A DNA stretch of 64,000 bases from Eledone cirrhosa (GCA_964016885.1 OZ024755.1:20150001-20214000); one strand, 5' to 3'. Positions 1 through 14,145 are shown, numbered from the stretch's first letter. Made by a program: numbers and translations. The notes: generated from the sequence alone by a model not told the origin.

Positions 1-63
1 TCGTATATATTACATTTAGTCTTCTGGTGATACTCATGGTTGCAAATTACTGTTTCAAAGTAT

Positions 64-252
64 AAAATAATTGTTTCTACTTTTGGCACAAGGCCAGCAA
101 TTACCCAGTACATTACTGGCACTTTATTTTATCGACCCCGTAAGGATGAAAGGCAAAGTTAACCTCGGCGGGATTTGACCTCAGTCCGTAAAGGGACGTA
201 ACTGTGCTGCAAAGCATGGCGTCCGACCCTCTACCGATACTGCCAATCCACC
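64..252 (-). mobile_element. tRNA-derived SINE (family A, short variant), first unit of a tandem dimer
   Basis: The reverse strand reads GGTGGATTGGCAGTATCGGTAGAG (A-box-like), GAGGTCAAATCCCGCC (B-box-like), core GCCTTTCATCCTTACGGGGTCGATAAA and tail GTAGAAACAATTATT. The family recurs about 30 times in the window. Confidence 0.9.
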
Positions 253-442
253 AAAATAATTGTTTCTACTTTTGGCACAAGGCCAGCAATTATCCCAGTG
301 CATTACTGGTACTTTATTTTATCGACCCCGTAAGGATGAAAGGCAAAGTTAACCTCGGCGGGATTTTAACTCAGTCCGTAAAGGGACGTAACTATGCTGG
401 AAAGCATGGCGTCCGACCCTCTACCGATACTGACAATCCACC
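253..442 (-). mobile_element. SINE family A, second unit of tandem dimer
   Basis: Near-identical to 64-252, with AAAATAAT at both junctions and at 443-450. Confidence 0.9.
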
Positions 443-558
443 AAAATAATGTTTTATAAATGGTGCATTATAACAGAGTATTTAATATTACTTTTGTTTC
501 ATGTTGTACATAAATAATTTAAATCTTATAAGAATTATAATTATCATATTTTCTCTCA

Positions 559-775
559 AATCTAATCCAATCCAATCCAAATCCAGGGCCATCTCACGCC
601 TTTTGAAAGAACCTCTCCCCGATTGACCTCCACCGCTTTCTATATGGTTTTGGTCATGTTTTCATTGGTATAAACCGTACTTAGTACGCTGGCTTAATTG
701 CGGGTTGGTGAGGCTATTTAACTCAGAGTTGGACTGGTTGGCGGTTGACTCAGGAATTCATCCGCCCTTTTACTA
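559..775 (-). mobile_element. Short interspersed element (family T), probably RTE-related, (GGATT)n tail
   Basis: The reverse complement aligns by eye with 53271-53456 and 62246-62443 (GTTAAATAGCCTCACCAACCCGCAATT...ATGACCAAAACC...GCGGTGGAGGTCAA). Confidence 0.7.
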
Positions 776-1430
776 TCTCTTATGAACTATCTTACTAAAC
801 ATAATCTATTATATAAGTATGTACACGTACATACATATATGTATACAGACGTACAGTAGTATGTATATATATATGTACGTATGGATTCACCGAACATTTA
901 TTATAATGCTCGGTGTGTTTGTAAACAAACATCCCGTATTAAGCCGTAGTGTCCAGCAACCATCGTTGCTCGTTTGTTCAACACTGACAAAAGGAACGCT
1001 GTACTAGTTTCAAGCTTATTAGCTATCGTCAGCAACGTATACCTTCCTGCCAGATTGTTGCACGTATATACTTACCTTATGCATATTAACGGCTGAGTAG
1101 CCCAATTTGCATATCGAGTGGGTTAATCGGCCGGGTGCACCGAAAACGATAAACGGAAAAAATGAAACGAAATTTCATTTCCCACTCTTAGTACGGCTGT
1201 TACTTAAATATAAGTATGTATACGTACATACATATATGTATACATAATCTATTAATTTGACTGATATCATCGAATTACTTCACTATTCCATATTAACAAT
1301 GGACGTACTTAAAAAGAATTACGTATATGTGACAGTAACTAATAGATTCGGTTCAGTATATTATATTGTATGTTCAAATACCAGTTTTGTCGATGATATT
1401 CTTACACCCATGGTTCTTTGAATAAGAAAC

Positions 1431-1582
1431 AATAATGGTTTCTGCCTCAGGCACAAGGCCAACAATGTCGGGTAAAGGGTACGTAGATTAAATCGACCCC
1501 AGTATGTTTCTGCTAATCTATTTTATCGACCTCGTAAAGATGAAAGGCATTGTTAATCTCGGCTGGATTTGAAATCAGGAAT
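1431..1582 (-). mobile_element. SINE family A, degenerate long variant
   Basis: GGCACAAGGCCAAC...AATCGACCCCAGT...GATGAAAGGCA...GGATTTGAA. Confidence 0.75.
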
Positions 1583-1967
1583 GCGGAAGCATTAATAAAA
1601 AAAAATATATATTGAATATTTGCTATGTTAGTAGATTATGGACGCACAAAACAAGTTTATTTTGCGTTTTTATGAAAAGTAATTGTATATATATATATAA
1701 ATATATAAATATTAAATACTTGCAAAAACCGATGAAAAGCTATGCTGTGTAAAGCCATCCACTCAAACCAAAAGCTATCACATTCTTATTTGTAAGCTTG
1801 GTATTATTATTCAGAATACCAGCGACGACTAACAGCGCCAATAATATTTTGTGACATTAGATATTTTATATTAGATGAGAACGTCGTTGTAATTTTATGC
1901 TATCGGATAGTTGAATATATATTTATAGGATCATATTAGGAGAATTTGATTGATATAGATGGTTATT

Positions 1968-2011
<44 letters not shown>

Positions 2012-2563
2012 TTTTATGGGGAATTGTTCATTTGCCTGCCGTGAAGAATATAGATATATAGACAGCTAGAGTTGAAAAACATTGAGAAAGAAGTAGTTAA
2101 GAAAGTCAACAGAACAGTATTTTCGTAACGAGGAAGATAACACGACAGTGTGTATTAATGACATAGTAACGATCATAGAGTCATGACAGATACGTTACTC
2201 GTCTTTGAATGCAGTCAAATATATCATTAGCCCGAAGTGATTTATTGATGAATTTATGAGATATATATCCGTGGGAATTATTTATTTTATATTCGGTACA
2301 GAAATATCGATACCTTTGACTAGGCAATAAGCCAATCTCTGTGATACACTGTTATTGTCAATTGGATCAATTCTAGAATATAATTGTTAGTCCTCTTATC
2401 GAGACCGGACCGACAAAAGTCAAGATTGACTTTGGCAAGCTTTCAACCCGGAATTTAGGAGGACGACACAAAAAACAGAAAAATTTAGTCCCAAATATTA
2501 CCGTCTGGTTGGCTTTGTTACAACATTCACACACACACGCACGCACATATATATGTATATATA

Positions 2564-2758
2564 TAGGAACAAGTATGACCCCGACGGCAGAGCTCAAGCC
2601 GTTTCGACGGCTCGTCCAGAATTAGCCGTCGAAACGGCTTGAGCTCTGCCGTCGGGGGGGGGGTCATACTTGTTCCTATTACCCACTCTACTACCCTAGG
2701 TATTGAGTACTTTGGTGCCTTATTGTCCATCTGGTTCCTTACCACACTTCCTTCGTTA
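2564..2758 (+). mobile_element. Family C inverted-repeat element with hammerhead 3' half (Penelope-like pLTR remnant)
   Basis: Inverted arm 2564-2612, then a forward arm with CGAAACGGCTTGAGCTCTGCCGTC and an ~85-nt tail ending TTCGTTA. Both ends lie in TA-rich tracts. Confidence 0.8.
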
Positions 2759-2766
2759 TGTATATA

Positions 2767-2798
<32 letters not shown>

Positions 2799-2801
<3 letters not shown>

Positions 2802-3016
2802 GAATGAGTAGGACCCCGACGGCTGAGCTCAAGCCGTTTCGACGGCTAATTCTGGACTAAATTTAGTCTGATTTTAGTCCAGAATTAGCCGTCGAAACGG
2901 CTTGAGCTCAGCAGTCGGGGTCCTACTCGTTCCTATTACCCACACTACTACCCTAAAGTATTTAGTACTTTGGTGCGTTATGGTCCACCTGGTTCCTTAC
3001 CACATTTCCTTCGTTA
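2799..3016 (+). mobile_element. Family C element
   Basis: Longest inverted arms of the family (about 2799-2860 vs 2875-2936) plus tail; left end in (TA)n. Confidence 0.8.
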
Positions 3017-3147
3017 TGTGTGTATATATATATATATATATCAAAATGAAAATCCGAAGGCAAGGAATTGGAGATATACAAAAGCGTGGAGAACTTAATA
3101 TTGCTAACAAAGTTATTGGACCATTTTACACAACCAATAATGCACCC

Positions 3148-3202
<55 letters not shown>

Positions 3203-3521
3203 AACATGGAAAGTTAAAAAAAAAAAACTATAAAAGTCTGGAAGCAATGGAGTTTACATAGTTTTACTTTAATTGGCAAAAAACGAAGTCCTTTATTATA
3301 TATAATTCATAGTTTATGTCGATACACCTCGGAGTAAACATATCACTACTGATATAAACAGTCTAGTACAAAAACAAAACTGTTGAAAATGGCTGAGTCA
3401 GGTTTGTCTTTTCATGACATGTAATGGAGTCTTGCTTGTTGTGATTCACAAATCATCAGATAATAAGTTCCGCTTGATGGAATCCGTATATACTTTTTGA
3501 ATGCCAGATTGTTTTGTTCAA

Positions 3522-3523
<2 letters not shown>

Positions 3524-3563
<40 letters not shown>

Positions 3564-4269
3564 TATATACACACACACAACACAATATATATAATATATA
3601 TACATATGTATATATATACATTATAAACACATATATAATGTATATATATGTAAATATATATATATATATACATTATATGCACACATATATATACAATGTA
3701 TACATTATACATACACACATATATATATATAATGTATATATATGCATTATACATACACAGATATATAATGTATATAAATATATATATATACATATATATA
3801 CATTATATATATACACACATATATATATACATTAAATATACACATATATATACATTAAATATACACACACACGCATATATATATAATGTATATATATACA
3901 TTATATACACACACACACACATATAATGTATATATATATATATATATATATACATTATCACACATATGTATATATATATATATATATATATACATTACAC
4001 ACAAACATATATACATTATATATATGTATGATTATATATACATAATGTATATATATATTTATGTATATATATATGTGTATCTATATGTATATAGATATAC
4101 ATTATACACATTACACACAAACATATATACATTATATATATGTATGATTATATATACATAATGTATATATATATTTATGTATATATATATGTGTATCTAT
4201 ATGTATATAGATATACATTATACACATATATATATACATACATATATATATATATATATTTGTATATAT

Positions 4270-4300
<31 letters not shown>

Positions 4301-4467
4301 CATACATGTTAATATTTGTATATATACATGTATATATATATATATATATATTTGTATATATACATATATATATATATTTGTATATATACATATATATATA
4401 TATATTTGTATATATACATATATATATATATATTTGTACATATACATATATATATATATATTTGTAC

Positions 4468-4501
<34 letters not shown>

Positions 4502-4599
4502 GTATATATATATATATATATATTTGTATATATATATATATATATATATACATATATTTGTATATATACATGTACATATATATATACATACATGTATAC

Positions 4600-4664
<65 letters not shown>

Positions 4665-4705
4665 CATACACACATATATATATGTGTGTGTGTGTGTATG
4701 TATAT
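3524..4705. repeat. Compound (TA)n/(CA)n microsatellite field
   Basis: Seen directly; includes variant units such as TATTTGTATATATACA and a (CT)n run. Confidence 0.95.
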
Positions 4706-4927
4706 GTGTAATGATATACATGCTAGTACGGGCAATCACCTATGTGGCTATTCATATTCCTACTGGTTTCCCTCTTCTTTGATAAGTTCTATGGTGAGAG
4801 GGAAATACGTCATTTCCACATTGTTGCTGAAGCATGTGTTTTATGGCCAAATAGCTTTTGTAATATTATCTAGCCAACTGTGACATATAAACAATTGGTA
4901 TGACGATTATATTATATTATATATGAT

Positions 4928-4973
<46 letters not shown>

Positions 4974-4976
<3 letters not shown>

Positions 4977-5086
4977 CGAAGGGGTTGTGGTAAGGAAGCA
5001 GATGGACCATAACGCACCAGAGTACTCAATACTCCAGAAATAGCCGTCGAAACGGCTTGAGCTCTGTCGTTGGGGTCATACTTTTT

Positions 5087-5090
<4 letters not shown>
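4974..5090 (-). mobile_element. Family C element (tail on minus strand, hammerhead-half arm on plus)
   Basis: Reverse complement of the tail at 4974-5031 joined to CCAGAAATAGCCGTCGAAACGGCTTGAGCTC...TTCCTA; flanked by (TA)n. Confidence 0.75.
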
Positions 5091-5129
<39 letters not shown>

Positions 5130-5206
5130 TTTAAATATGCATACACACACACACACACACACGCACACAAATATATATATACACCCACACACACACATGT
5201 AACATT

Positions 5207-5248
<42 letters not shown>

Positions 5249-5279
5249 CATACGTAAAATATACATATACAAATATACA

Positions 5280-5324
<45 letters not shown>

Positions 5325-5387
5325 TCACACATATATGTCACACTCACCAAGTTTGAACAATGATGTATTGTTTGAATGTTTTGTCAT

Positions 5388-5402
5388 ATTTATACGTCGA
5401 TC

Positions 5403-5440
<38 letters not shown>

Positions 5441-5719
5441 TATATATATATATTCTGCGTCTGAGTGTATATGTGTGTTTGTGTTTGCATGTGTGTGCAT
5501 TTTTATAAATATTTATACGTCGATCTGCATATATATATATACATAAATATATATATATTCTGCGTCTGTGTGTATATGTGTGTTTGCATGTGTGTGCATT
5601 TTTATAAATATTTATACGTCGATCTGCATATATATATATATATATATATATATTCTGCGTCTGTGTGTATATGTGTGTTTGCATGTGTGTGCATTTTTAT
5701 AAATATTTATACGTCGATC

Positions 5720-5776
<57 letters not shown>

Positions 5777-5783
5777 TGCGTCT

Positions 5784-5821
<38 letters not shown>

Positions 5822-5833
5822 ATTTTTATAAAT
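5388..5833. repeat. Tandem repeat x4 (about 100-140 bp) with a variable internal (TA)n
   Basis: ATTTATACGTCGATCTGCA(TA)nTTCTGCGTCTG...GCATTTTTATAAAT occurs four times. Confidence 0.9.
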
Positions 5834-5972
5834 AATATATGGCTGTATACGTATATGCATGGCTATTTCTATGGCTATTAGTATTATTGGGTTGGGAAAT
5901 CGTTAAGGAAGAAAAAAGTATTGGATTCGATATTTTATAAAATGAAACCGTCCAAACCATTACGTGTTCAAA

Positions 5973-6156
5973 TATTTGTTTCTACTTTTGACACAAGGCC
6001 AGCAATTATCCCACTGTATTACTGGTACTTTATTTTATCGACTCCGTAAGGATGAAAGGCAAAGTTAACCTCGGCGGGATTTGAACTTAGAATGGCAAAG
6101 GCCGTAATTCTTTTCTACAAAGCATGGCGTCCGACCCTCTACCGATACTGCCATCC
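5973..6156 (-). mobile_element. SINE family A
   Basis: Full-length match to the family consensus. Confidence 0.9.
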
Positions 6157-6262
6157 AAAAATGTAGCAGATATTCATTTGCATAAACAGGATCCAGCATC
6201 TGCATAGACTCTATGCAAATGCTGGATCCTATTTATGCAAATGAATATCTGGCTACATTTTT
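6157..6262. repeat. Near-perfect ~52-bp-arm palindrome (foldback/MITE-like)
   Basis: AAAAATGTAGCAGATATTCATTTGCATAAACAGGATCCAGCATCTGCATAGA followed by its reverse complement, with a 1-nt loop. Confidence 0.85.
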
Positions 6263-6868
6263 TCTCATTTTGTACTTCTTCATAAAGATTGTATTTCCCC
6301 CCTTTTTACAACAGAATTGTTTATTGTATATGAAATGATGCGTTATGAAGCTAAATCCATTCTCAAATTACGTACAAATGAAATATTTGCTGCTATATTT
6401 AAATGAAATCCACTCTGCAGTTGGAAATACTAGTATTGTCATAAACCCACCTTCTTCGATCATTTCTAGCGTATAATTAGTTTCGGTAACATTGGTACAG
6501 GATTGATAGCATATTTGTACCAGTATTTTCGTAGCCATGATATCGAAAATGAACTAAAGAAACAAAAATAACATTTGAATAAATGTGTAATTTGTTAGCC
6601 ATCCTCTCTTACTAAGTGAGTGTCTCCACATCAGACACTCACCAAAATAAAGTGTAAATCAATCGAAGTTGATCCTTTATAGTGCATGCTTGAAATATCC
6701 TGTTTCTAAAGATGGTTGTACGACTGTGTGAAAGACATATCTTTTCACGATGCAAATGTAAAATATAGATGATACTATATAGAGACATGTTCACAGATTT
6801 AAACTGTTATAAATACGAATAACACTTACAAATTCTCTTATCTTGTCACTTAACGTCAACCATTTTCT

Positions 6869-7060
6869 AATAATTCTTTCTACTTTTGGCACAAGTCCAG
6901 CAATTATCACAGTGTATTACTGGTACTTTATTTTATCGACCCCCGTAAGGATGAAAGGCGAAGTTAACCTCGGCGGGATTTGAACTCAGACCGTAAAGGG
7001 GCGTAACTATGCTGCAAAGCATGGCTTCCAACCCTCTACCGATACTGCCAATACACTGCC
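6869..7060 (-). mobile_element. SINE family A with 16-bp TSD
   Basis: Full length; ACCATTTTCTAATAAT at 6859-6874 and 7067-7082. Confidence 0.92.
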
Positions 7061-7514
7061 CATATTACCATTTTCTAATAATATGGGCTACTAAGTTACT
7101 AAATTCAGAGATGAAGAATCGTGACGATACAACATTGTCTTATAAATTAAATACATGCTACATATATTACAAGCAATATATTTTCTTCTCAAATACAGTC
7201 AGAAAACATTTAACAGATTTAGATTTATATATGTATATGTTACAGTGGAATTAACATATAACACCATACTTCTCACTACCTACTTAACGAACTAAAACAA
7301 AAAATACTATGTCATTAAATTAGTAGTTTGTTTACCAGATTTTGTTGTTACTTAAATCTGTTTTTTCGTTTGTAGGTAATATATTAGCAATAATGTTCAG
7401 CACATTTATCTCTACTGGTAAACACACTTTGTCTTCTGTTGACATGCATCTGAATGTGTGTAACCTTATCTCTCTCTCTCTCTCTTCCACACACCGCCTC
7501 TTTCTCTCCGCCAC

Positions 7515-7568
7515 CCATATATATATATCTATATAATCATACAAACATACATATATACATACACACAG

Positions 7569-7621
<53 letters not shown>

Positions 7622-7640
7622 CATATATACACACACACAG

Positions 7641-7691
<51 letters not shown>

Positions 7692-7768
7692 TATATATAT
7701 ATATACACATATATAGATACACACACACATATTATATATACACATATATATATAGAGATAGATATATA
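7515..7768. repeat. (TA)n/(CA)n microsatellite
   Basis: Seen directly. Confidence 0.9.
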
Positions 7769-8821
7769 ATGAGGAGATCACATACAAATGCAATGTTTGA
7801 TCTTAGAACATTTGGAAAAAACACTAAAAATAGTCAGATCTTTAGTTCTTTCTGACAAGATAAATAGGTTTTAAAGTATCACTAATGTACTTGCGTGGAA
7901 TCAGGACAGTGATATATCAGTTAATTCTTAGTGAAACATATCTAATGAACTTGCAGTTGTAATGTTCTTGAAAAATGTGTAATTACAACATCTCACGGCT
8001 ATTCTACTATCAAGTATCAATAAATTATATAATTATGGTACGTTGAGCGGTATTTTTATTGATTAAGTATTTCGTGGTAAAAGTTTTATTTTTACTCATC
8101 ACAACTCGATCGGAAATATAGAAATATCTGTTGAATATTAATTCAATTTGTTTGTATAACATTTTCTAGTATGTATTTTGTTATAAGATTTATTTATACA
8201 TACAATATATTATATATTTTCTTATTATAGATAATTGCTTTAATATATGTATTTAAGGTCAAAGTTAAAAGAAAATTCCATTAAACTATTTTAAGAAAAC
8301 TAGTTCACAGAAATCTTTATAAAAGCGAATCTACATATTTAGTGCAACAATATTAAAGGTTGAATTCAAGAGAATAGAATTCCATCCAAATCAGATATGA
8401 TTTGAAATTTTAGTTTGAGAATGCTCGTTGAAGAATCAATAAAGCAGAATTATCTATAATTTCTATACACGAAGTTTCTGTACATTTGCCTGCATTAAAT
8501 GAAAACATGAATCTTTTGATAAAAACTGTCAATATTATGAGTCCAATTGGAGGGTCCGCACTGATTTATAACTAATATTATATATATACTTGGACTTAAA
8601 AGTCTTCTAATGTGTGTTTGTGTGGTTGTATATATATATATATATGAATAAAGTTAGTCCTTCATCAGTGATCTTCCAACCTTTATTGGTATTTCATCGC
8701 TTTAAAGACCATATACCTACGGTTGGTGCGAGCAACGGCTAAATAAAGTCGTTGGGACACGTAAATAAGGGGAACGAGCGAGACTGTAAACAATCAAAGA
8801 TGGTAATGCAACGAAAAGTGG

Positions 8822-9016
8822 GGAAGAAGGAGTCAAGTCCCAGAATTCTATGAATATAAGTTCTGTGAAATCGTGGACGAGAGAGAATAAAGACCATCAA
8901 ACCTAGTCGAAATGTGAGCAAGGAAAGAATTCCGCACAGGTCAAGCGGGAGGAAGAAGGAGTCTAGTCCCTGAATTCGGTGAACATAAGTTCTGTGAAAT
9001 CGTAGTCAAGAGAGAA
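8822..9016 (+). repeat. Diverged ~65-bp direct repeat x2
   Basis: GGAAGAAGGAGTCWAGTCCCWGAATTC...ATAAGTTCTGTGAAATCGT at about 8822 and 8951. Confidence 0.8.
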
Positions 9017-9339
9017 AAAAAAAGAGATTCGAGATAAAGCTGTTGATAAAACAAGTCTCATGCCTGGAAAGGATGTCTGTAGTGGTCGGCTTGATTGGCT
9101 AAATCTATTCAAAAAGAGCTCCAGAATGGCCATTGTCTAATGACCATATCAGTCAAATAATAATAGATTAATCATTTTTTTTTAATTGTAGATCCAACTC
9201 ACATTTTCTTTTACATCTTCACCACCACAAAATATATTTAATTATTATGTATGAAATATCTCATAAAACTACTCAGTAAAAGTAAAATAGGAACTGGGTT
9301 TTTTGTCGTTACAAAGTTAGAGATGTGGTGAACCCTGAA

Positions 9340-11200
9340 AAGTTAATCGACCTACTATCTTGTAAGCATTGAAACATAAACATGTCACATGATAAATGGA
9401 GTGTTGAAAACAGGATTTAAACTTGGATGAAAATATATTTGCAAAAATTTACTTTTCCCATTCACATTTAGATTATTTTCCACGTTATTGTATACTCAAT
9501 GTAAACCTAAAGGATATATCAGTATGATGGTTCAACTATATTTGGTGTTTGAGATGGTATTAACTTTAAACTGAAGAGGCAGAAATATCAAACATAAGTA
9601 TAATTAACTGCAACATGCCAGAAATGAGATACATGTTATATATAAATGACCTATCCCAGTTGTAAATTACAGCTTCAAAATAATAGCCTGGACGCTAAGT
9701 GAATTGAAGAAAGAAAACAAAACAAGGAAATTGCTAACATTGATTCGGTGACATCACCAGCTTGTTGATATAGGAGCGTTGGGGGTTAATACATGACAAG
9801 ACATATGGAAGCTGTGGTGAATATAATACTACTGCAAAGTAACAACAGGGCAAATAGAAAGTCTTTTAGAAGCAAAGCAAGGAAAGTGTGAATAGTGTTA
9901 TAAAATAAACCTGAATCACACAAACAAAGCGAACAGTAAATTGCAAGCTAAAAACTACTTTGAAAAGACTGCACAAACAAATAGAAAACATCTGAAAATA
10001 CTTGACAAATTGAAAATGGAATTCTGAAATATCCTTGAGGAAAACTGGAGACACGACCACTCAATGACAAATGTCCCACTTGATTCAACTTCAATTAGAG
10101 GAAAAGACTAGGTTTGACAGAATGTACAAAATGACAAAGTCTCTCAGTTAAAAGCAAAAAAGGAAGGCCTGATTTTAGTTGCCGAAGACCATTGTGTAGT
10201 CACAAATAATTGTAAAGCATCACACAAAGATTATAACACTAAATGTAGATTAGGTAATCAGTATAATGAGACAGCTGAAAACCTCCTTCCAAGTTTCTCA
10301 ATCCTTTCCAAGTCTGATAATGTTCAAAGACACGAAGGCATCGGTAGCTATATTCATTGAGCAATATACTGATACTTCGTCTTGAAAACGGATACCAAGT
10401 GTTATAATAAGTGTATCTAACACTGGATATTGCAAGAAAAAGGCTACAATGGGGGTCGAATCTCGCCAGATTCGCAGAGTAGCCTGAAGAATGAGTTTGA
10501 AAGCCTAGAACAAAAACTCTATGAAAAAGAACATACATAACGAGAGAGAATCCAATAAATATAGAGAATGTAAAGAGAAAATGTATAGTGTCTAATATTT
10601 AAAGTGCCTGTAAAATATTTGCACTGAAAGACAATGAAATGCTTCATGATAAATTATGTTTACATCAGCAGTGATAGTTTGCTAAAGTTGCATAATACTG
10701 AAGTAGACGAAAAGTGATACCGTCAGGTACTTCACAGAATGTTAGAACAGGAATGTACAAATCTATTGTGTGATATTAATATCGAAATAGTTATTTCTTC
10801 GGGGACCGAGGAGACACACAAACGTTACATTATAGGTGTAGCCATTCCGGGTGATTACAAAGAGCACGAAATAGAATATAATTAGGCGAACCTCAGTCTG
10901 TAAATCTCAAGAATATGGAACACATTTTAATTGGTGTACCAATTTTAATTGGTGTACCAATTTTAATTGGTGACCTTGGCTTCATTCTTATTAAACTGAT
11001 AACATGTATCAACGAATCAAATATAAAACACCATAATAGAATCAATTCAGCATTAATTGGAACTGCAAACATCCGGCAGAACGTACTCTCTACCTGAAGA
11101 CCTGATCGCGAGCATATTGTATAAACCCTGTTAAGACTTTAAACGGTGACATTAGAAGACCAAGAACAAAAACAACAACAAGAATAACATCATTAATAAT
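9340..11200 (+). pseudogene. Decayed R4/Dong-clade non-LTR retrotransposon (RT thumb, Zn knuckle, restriction-like endonuclease)
   Basis: Collinear translated remnants: FKIIAWTLSELKKENKTRKLLT (9674), LKAKKEGLILVAEDHCVVTNN (10148; cf. LKAETEGxIIAAQDQ), KCRL..NET (10241), YIIGVAIPGD (10826; cf. IDVAIP), VPILIGDLGFI and SALIGTANI..VL* (to 11097; cf. ALLGTAHILRKVL), then an AAC/AAT-rich tail. Many stops and frameshifts. Confidence 0.8.
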
Positions 11201-13962
11201 GTTTTTTTAATGAAGAGAATACACGGACGAAAAATACCACAGTGTGGATTATATCGAGTAAAGGAAACGAAATATCGACCTAGGGAAAATATTAGGTATC
11301 AAAATAACCTTAATCGTAATAGGAGGGGACAACATTTTAGGATAATTCTAGAACAAAGCCCTAGATTACTGTCACATCAAAGATCAAAAATACCCTTTCA
11401 CGGGATTTTTTTTTCCTGCTTAGAGAGGCATAATTAGAGTTGCCCTATTCACCTGCGCTCAAATTTCATGAACTACACTAAAAAGCAGCACCCCTCTCTA
11501 CCTGCACATTCCTCCAAGTTATTCTTGAAGAAATCGATGAATAACTAGTCGGAGAGGATGATTCCTAACGTGAAAATTCGTAGACGTACCAACCATACAG
11601 TTTCTTTTATCATTGCTACCAGGTAGAGGATGAATTGCCACACATTCCTGCTCATGGAAGAGGGAGATATGTTTCCCTATAGACCCGCGGCTGATAGCGA
11701 GATCTGTCCTACACGAGATAGTAGCTGTTCGAGACAAGCCAACAAGTCTGCAAGCATTTGGCGGTAGTCTGAAGCACGGCTTCGTGCCCTACTTGCACTC
11801 CACACGGATTTAACTGTTTGTTTCGAACTATTAATGATCATCGGTAGCTCTACCATGTCAAGCATATTTGAAATAGTCCATTATGTCGACCCGAAGGTCC
11901 TCCTGAAGACACTGTTCCGATTGTCGTCTTAGACGCCCAAAGCCTTTTCATGGCCATCGTCGCTCATATCCCCCCCAACTAAACCTCTAAAGAAAGGAAG
12001 CGTTCGTTGTTCTGCGATCGTCGCTGGCATTATCCAACTGGTAAAGTGCCATAAGTGCATAGCAGCGCTCTTGATATCCAAATTGTCAAGATAATTATAT
12101 GGTTAGACATACTTCTATGTCTGTTTTCTATTCTTGTTAACAGTCTCTATTTTAATCACGAGAATCTTTGAAAGCTATGAATGTTTTCCAAGATGTACCT
12201 AATTCTTCTTCCAAGAAAGTAAACTCTTGCTGTATATTTCAATGTATGAATAATAAAGATTGTAATGAATCGCTTTCAGCAATGTAAGTTGCTTTCAGCG
12301 ATGCATGAGTCTGAATGAATGCTCGCAGCCTTCAACGCTCAAAGAAAAATTGAACAACAAAAGCAATTGAACAACAAAACACCAAGTCGATATAAACTAA
12401 ACAACAACAACGATGGTGATCGATATGGAAATAGTTGTCACGAAAAATGATATGTCAATAAGAATGTTTAGTTTTCAAAAGCACTACTTGTGACCTAAAA
12501 TTTTTTTAACTTCGCGTACTTTAGAGGAAAACTGAGTAATTCTTTAAATTTCTATTTGTTGGAATAATTTTCTAGAAGATATTCGGTAGCATTGTCTCGA
12601 TAACCAAAGGCAAAATTTCGATGTCAACTTTAATGATAATTTTATGCATGCTCTTTGTTTACTCTGCGTTTGATCACAATCAACGCTGTAGCTGCATAAC
12701 TTATTGACTTGGGGAGCTTTTAACCCTTTTATTGCTCTACAGCTTTCTACTTAAATATTATAAACATTCTCTTCTTATCCTTATAGAAGTTGTTATAGCA
12801 AAGCGATCCCCAGCATCGAGAAACAAACAGGAGATAGGGGTGTGTGAGTTTGAACCGAATACATAGAGGTTATAAATGTCTTCTTTATAGCCAAATTAAA
12901 CTATTTAATTAACATCACAGAATCGTGGGGCTGTGATTTCCATTTACAGAAGTAGGAGTTATGGGACAATCTGTTTGCTATTCGAAACAGAAAATAAGCA
13001 GAGTTCAAAACAGTCTCATTCAAAATTACGTACGTATTATACAAGGTTCATGGTGATATATATTGGCTTTGACACTTAATATTGACTCGGGAAACCTGCA
13101 GTATATTAGGAATAGATACTGATTTTGTCAAAGATTATGATGAGGAGTCGGGTGGTGTTTGCGTCGAGAAACACGTTTAAATTATATCTACCTTTGACTA
13201 CCACAGGTGTATATCGGAACAGTATTTTACCATAGATGCTGAGACTAAAGTGATATGAATGTTAGTGTAAGGCAGAAAGACCGTTTGTTACGTGTGTGAA
13301 AGCAAGAGCCGTATATGTGGTATGTATACAAATTAGTTTATCCAATTTAGTAATAGTGGATTTATACGTAGCATCTGTACACACTTAAATCAACGAAATC
13401 TGAAAGGAGTATTGAATCTATTTCGAGTAATCCATCTGTTTTGCCCAGGAAGATATTTTATTATACAGATAAGGTGTTTTTATCTCTCTATCCATAGTAT
13501 GCTGACTAAAAATCTATGAAAATAGTAGATCATTCAAATAAAATACTCTTAACGCAACAGTATTTTTTCTTTATCACAAAACCTCTTTAAATCTTTACCA
13601 GATATATTGGGATGAAGTTATGTTTAGTGATGATAGATGTACTATTATTTTTACAGAGAGGTAAATGATAATCTATCATAGAATCATACATTCTGAAGAA
13701 CGATCGATGAAAGATGATGGATATATAACAAGAAGAAAGAGAAGAGAGGTAAAGGGATATTTCAAGTGACAGATATTGTAAACAGAGAAAATATAGAACT
13801 AGAGATGTATCTTAGGAAGACTGAATAGAAGCTTAAATCTTCAGTTAGAAATACAGAAATACTCAAGGCGAATACACTATCTCTTTTTTTTTCTCTTTAT
13901 TCGCGTACACACATTTAAAACACAAGAAACTTAACTCTCTATTCGCCTACAAAATCGCACAT

Positions 13963-14145
13963 TTGGCAGTATCGGTAGAGGGTCGGACGCCATGCGTTGA
14001 AGCATAGAGTTACCTCCCTTTATAATCTGAGTTCAAATCCCGCCGAGGTTAACTTTGCCTTTCATCCTTACGGGGTCGATAAAATAAAGTACCAGTAATG
14101 CACTGGGTAATTGCTGGCCTTGTGCCAAAAGTAGAAACAATTAAT
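13963..14145 (+). mobile_element. SINE family A
   Basis: TGGCAGTATCGGTAGAG (A box), GAGTTCAAATCCC (B box), core and tail. Confidence 0.9.

Noticed and set aside
3400-3470. Minus-strand CTGATGA at 3453-3459 as a hammerhead
   Set aside because: No convincing stem II, GAAA or stem III arrangement could be drawn.
9340-11200. R4/Dong element as the mobiliser of SINE family A
   Set aside because: The SINE sense tail is (ATT)n, the opposite polarity to the AAT-type tail of this LINE, and no shared 3' sequence is visible.
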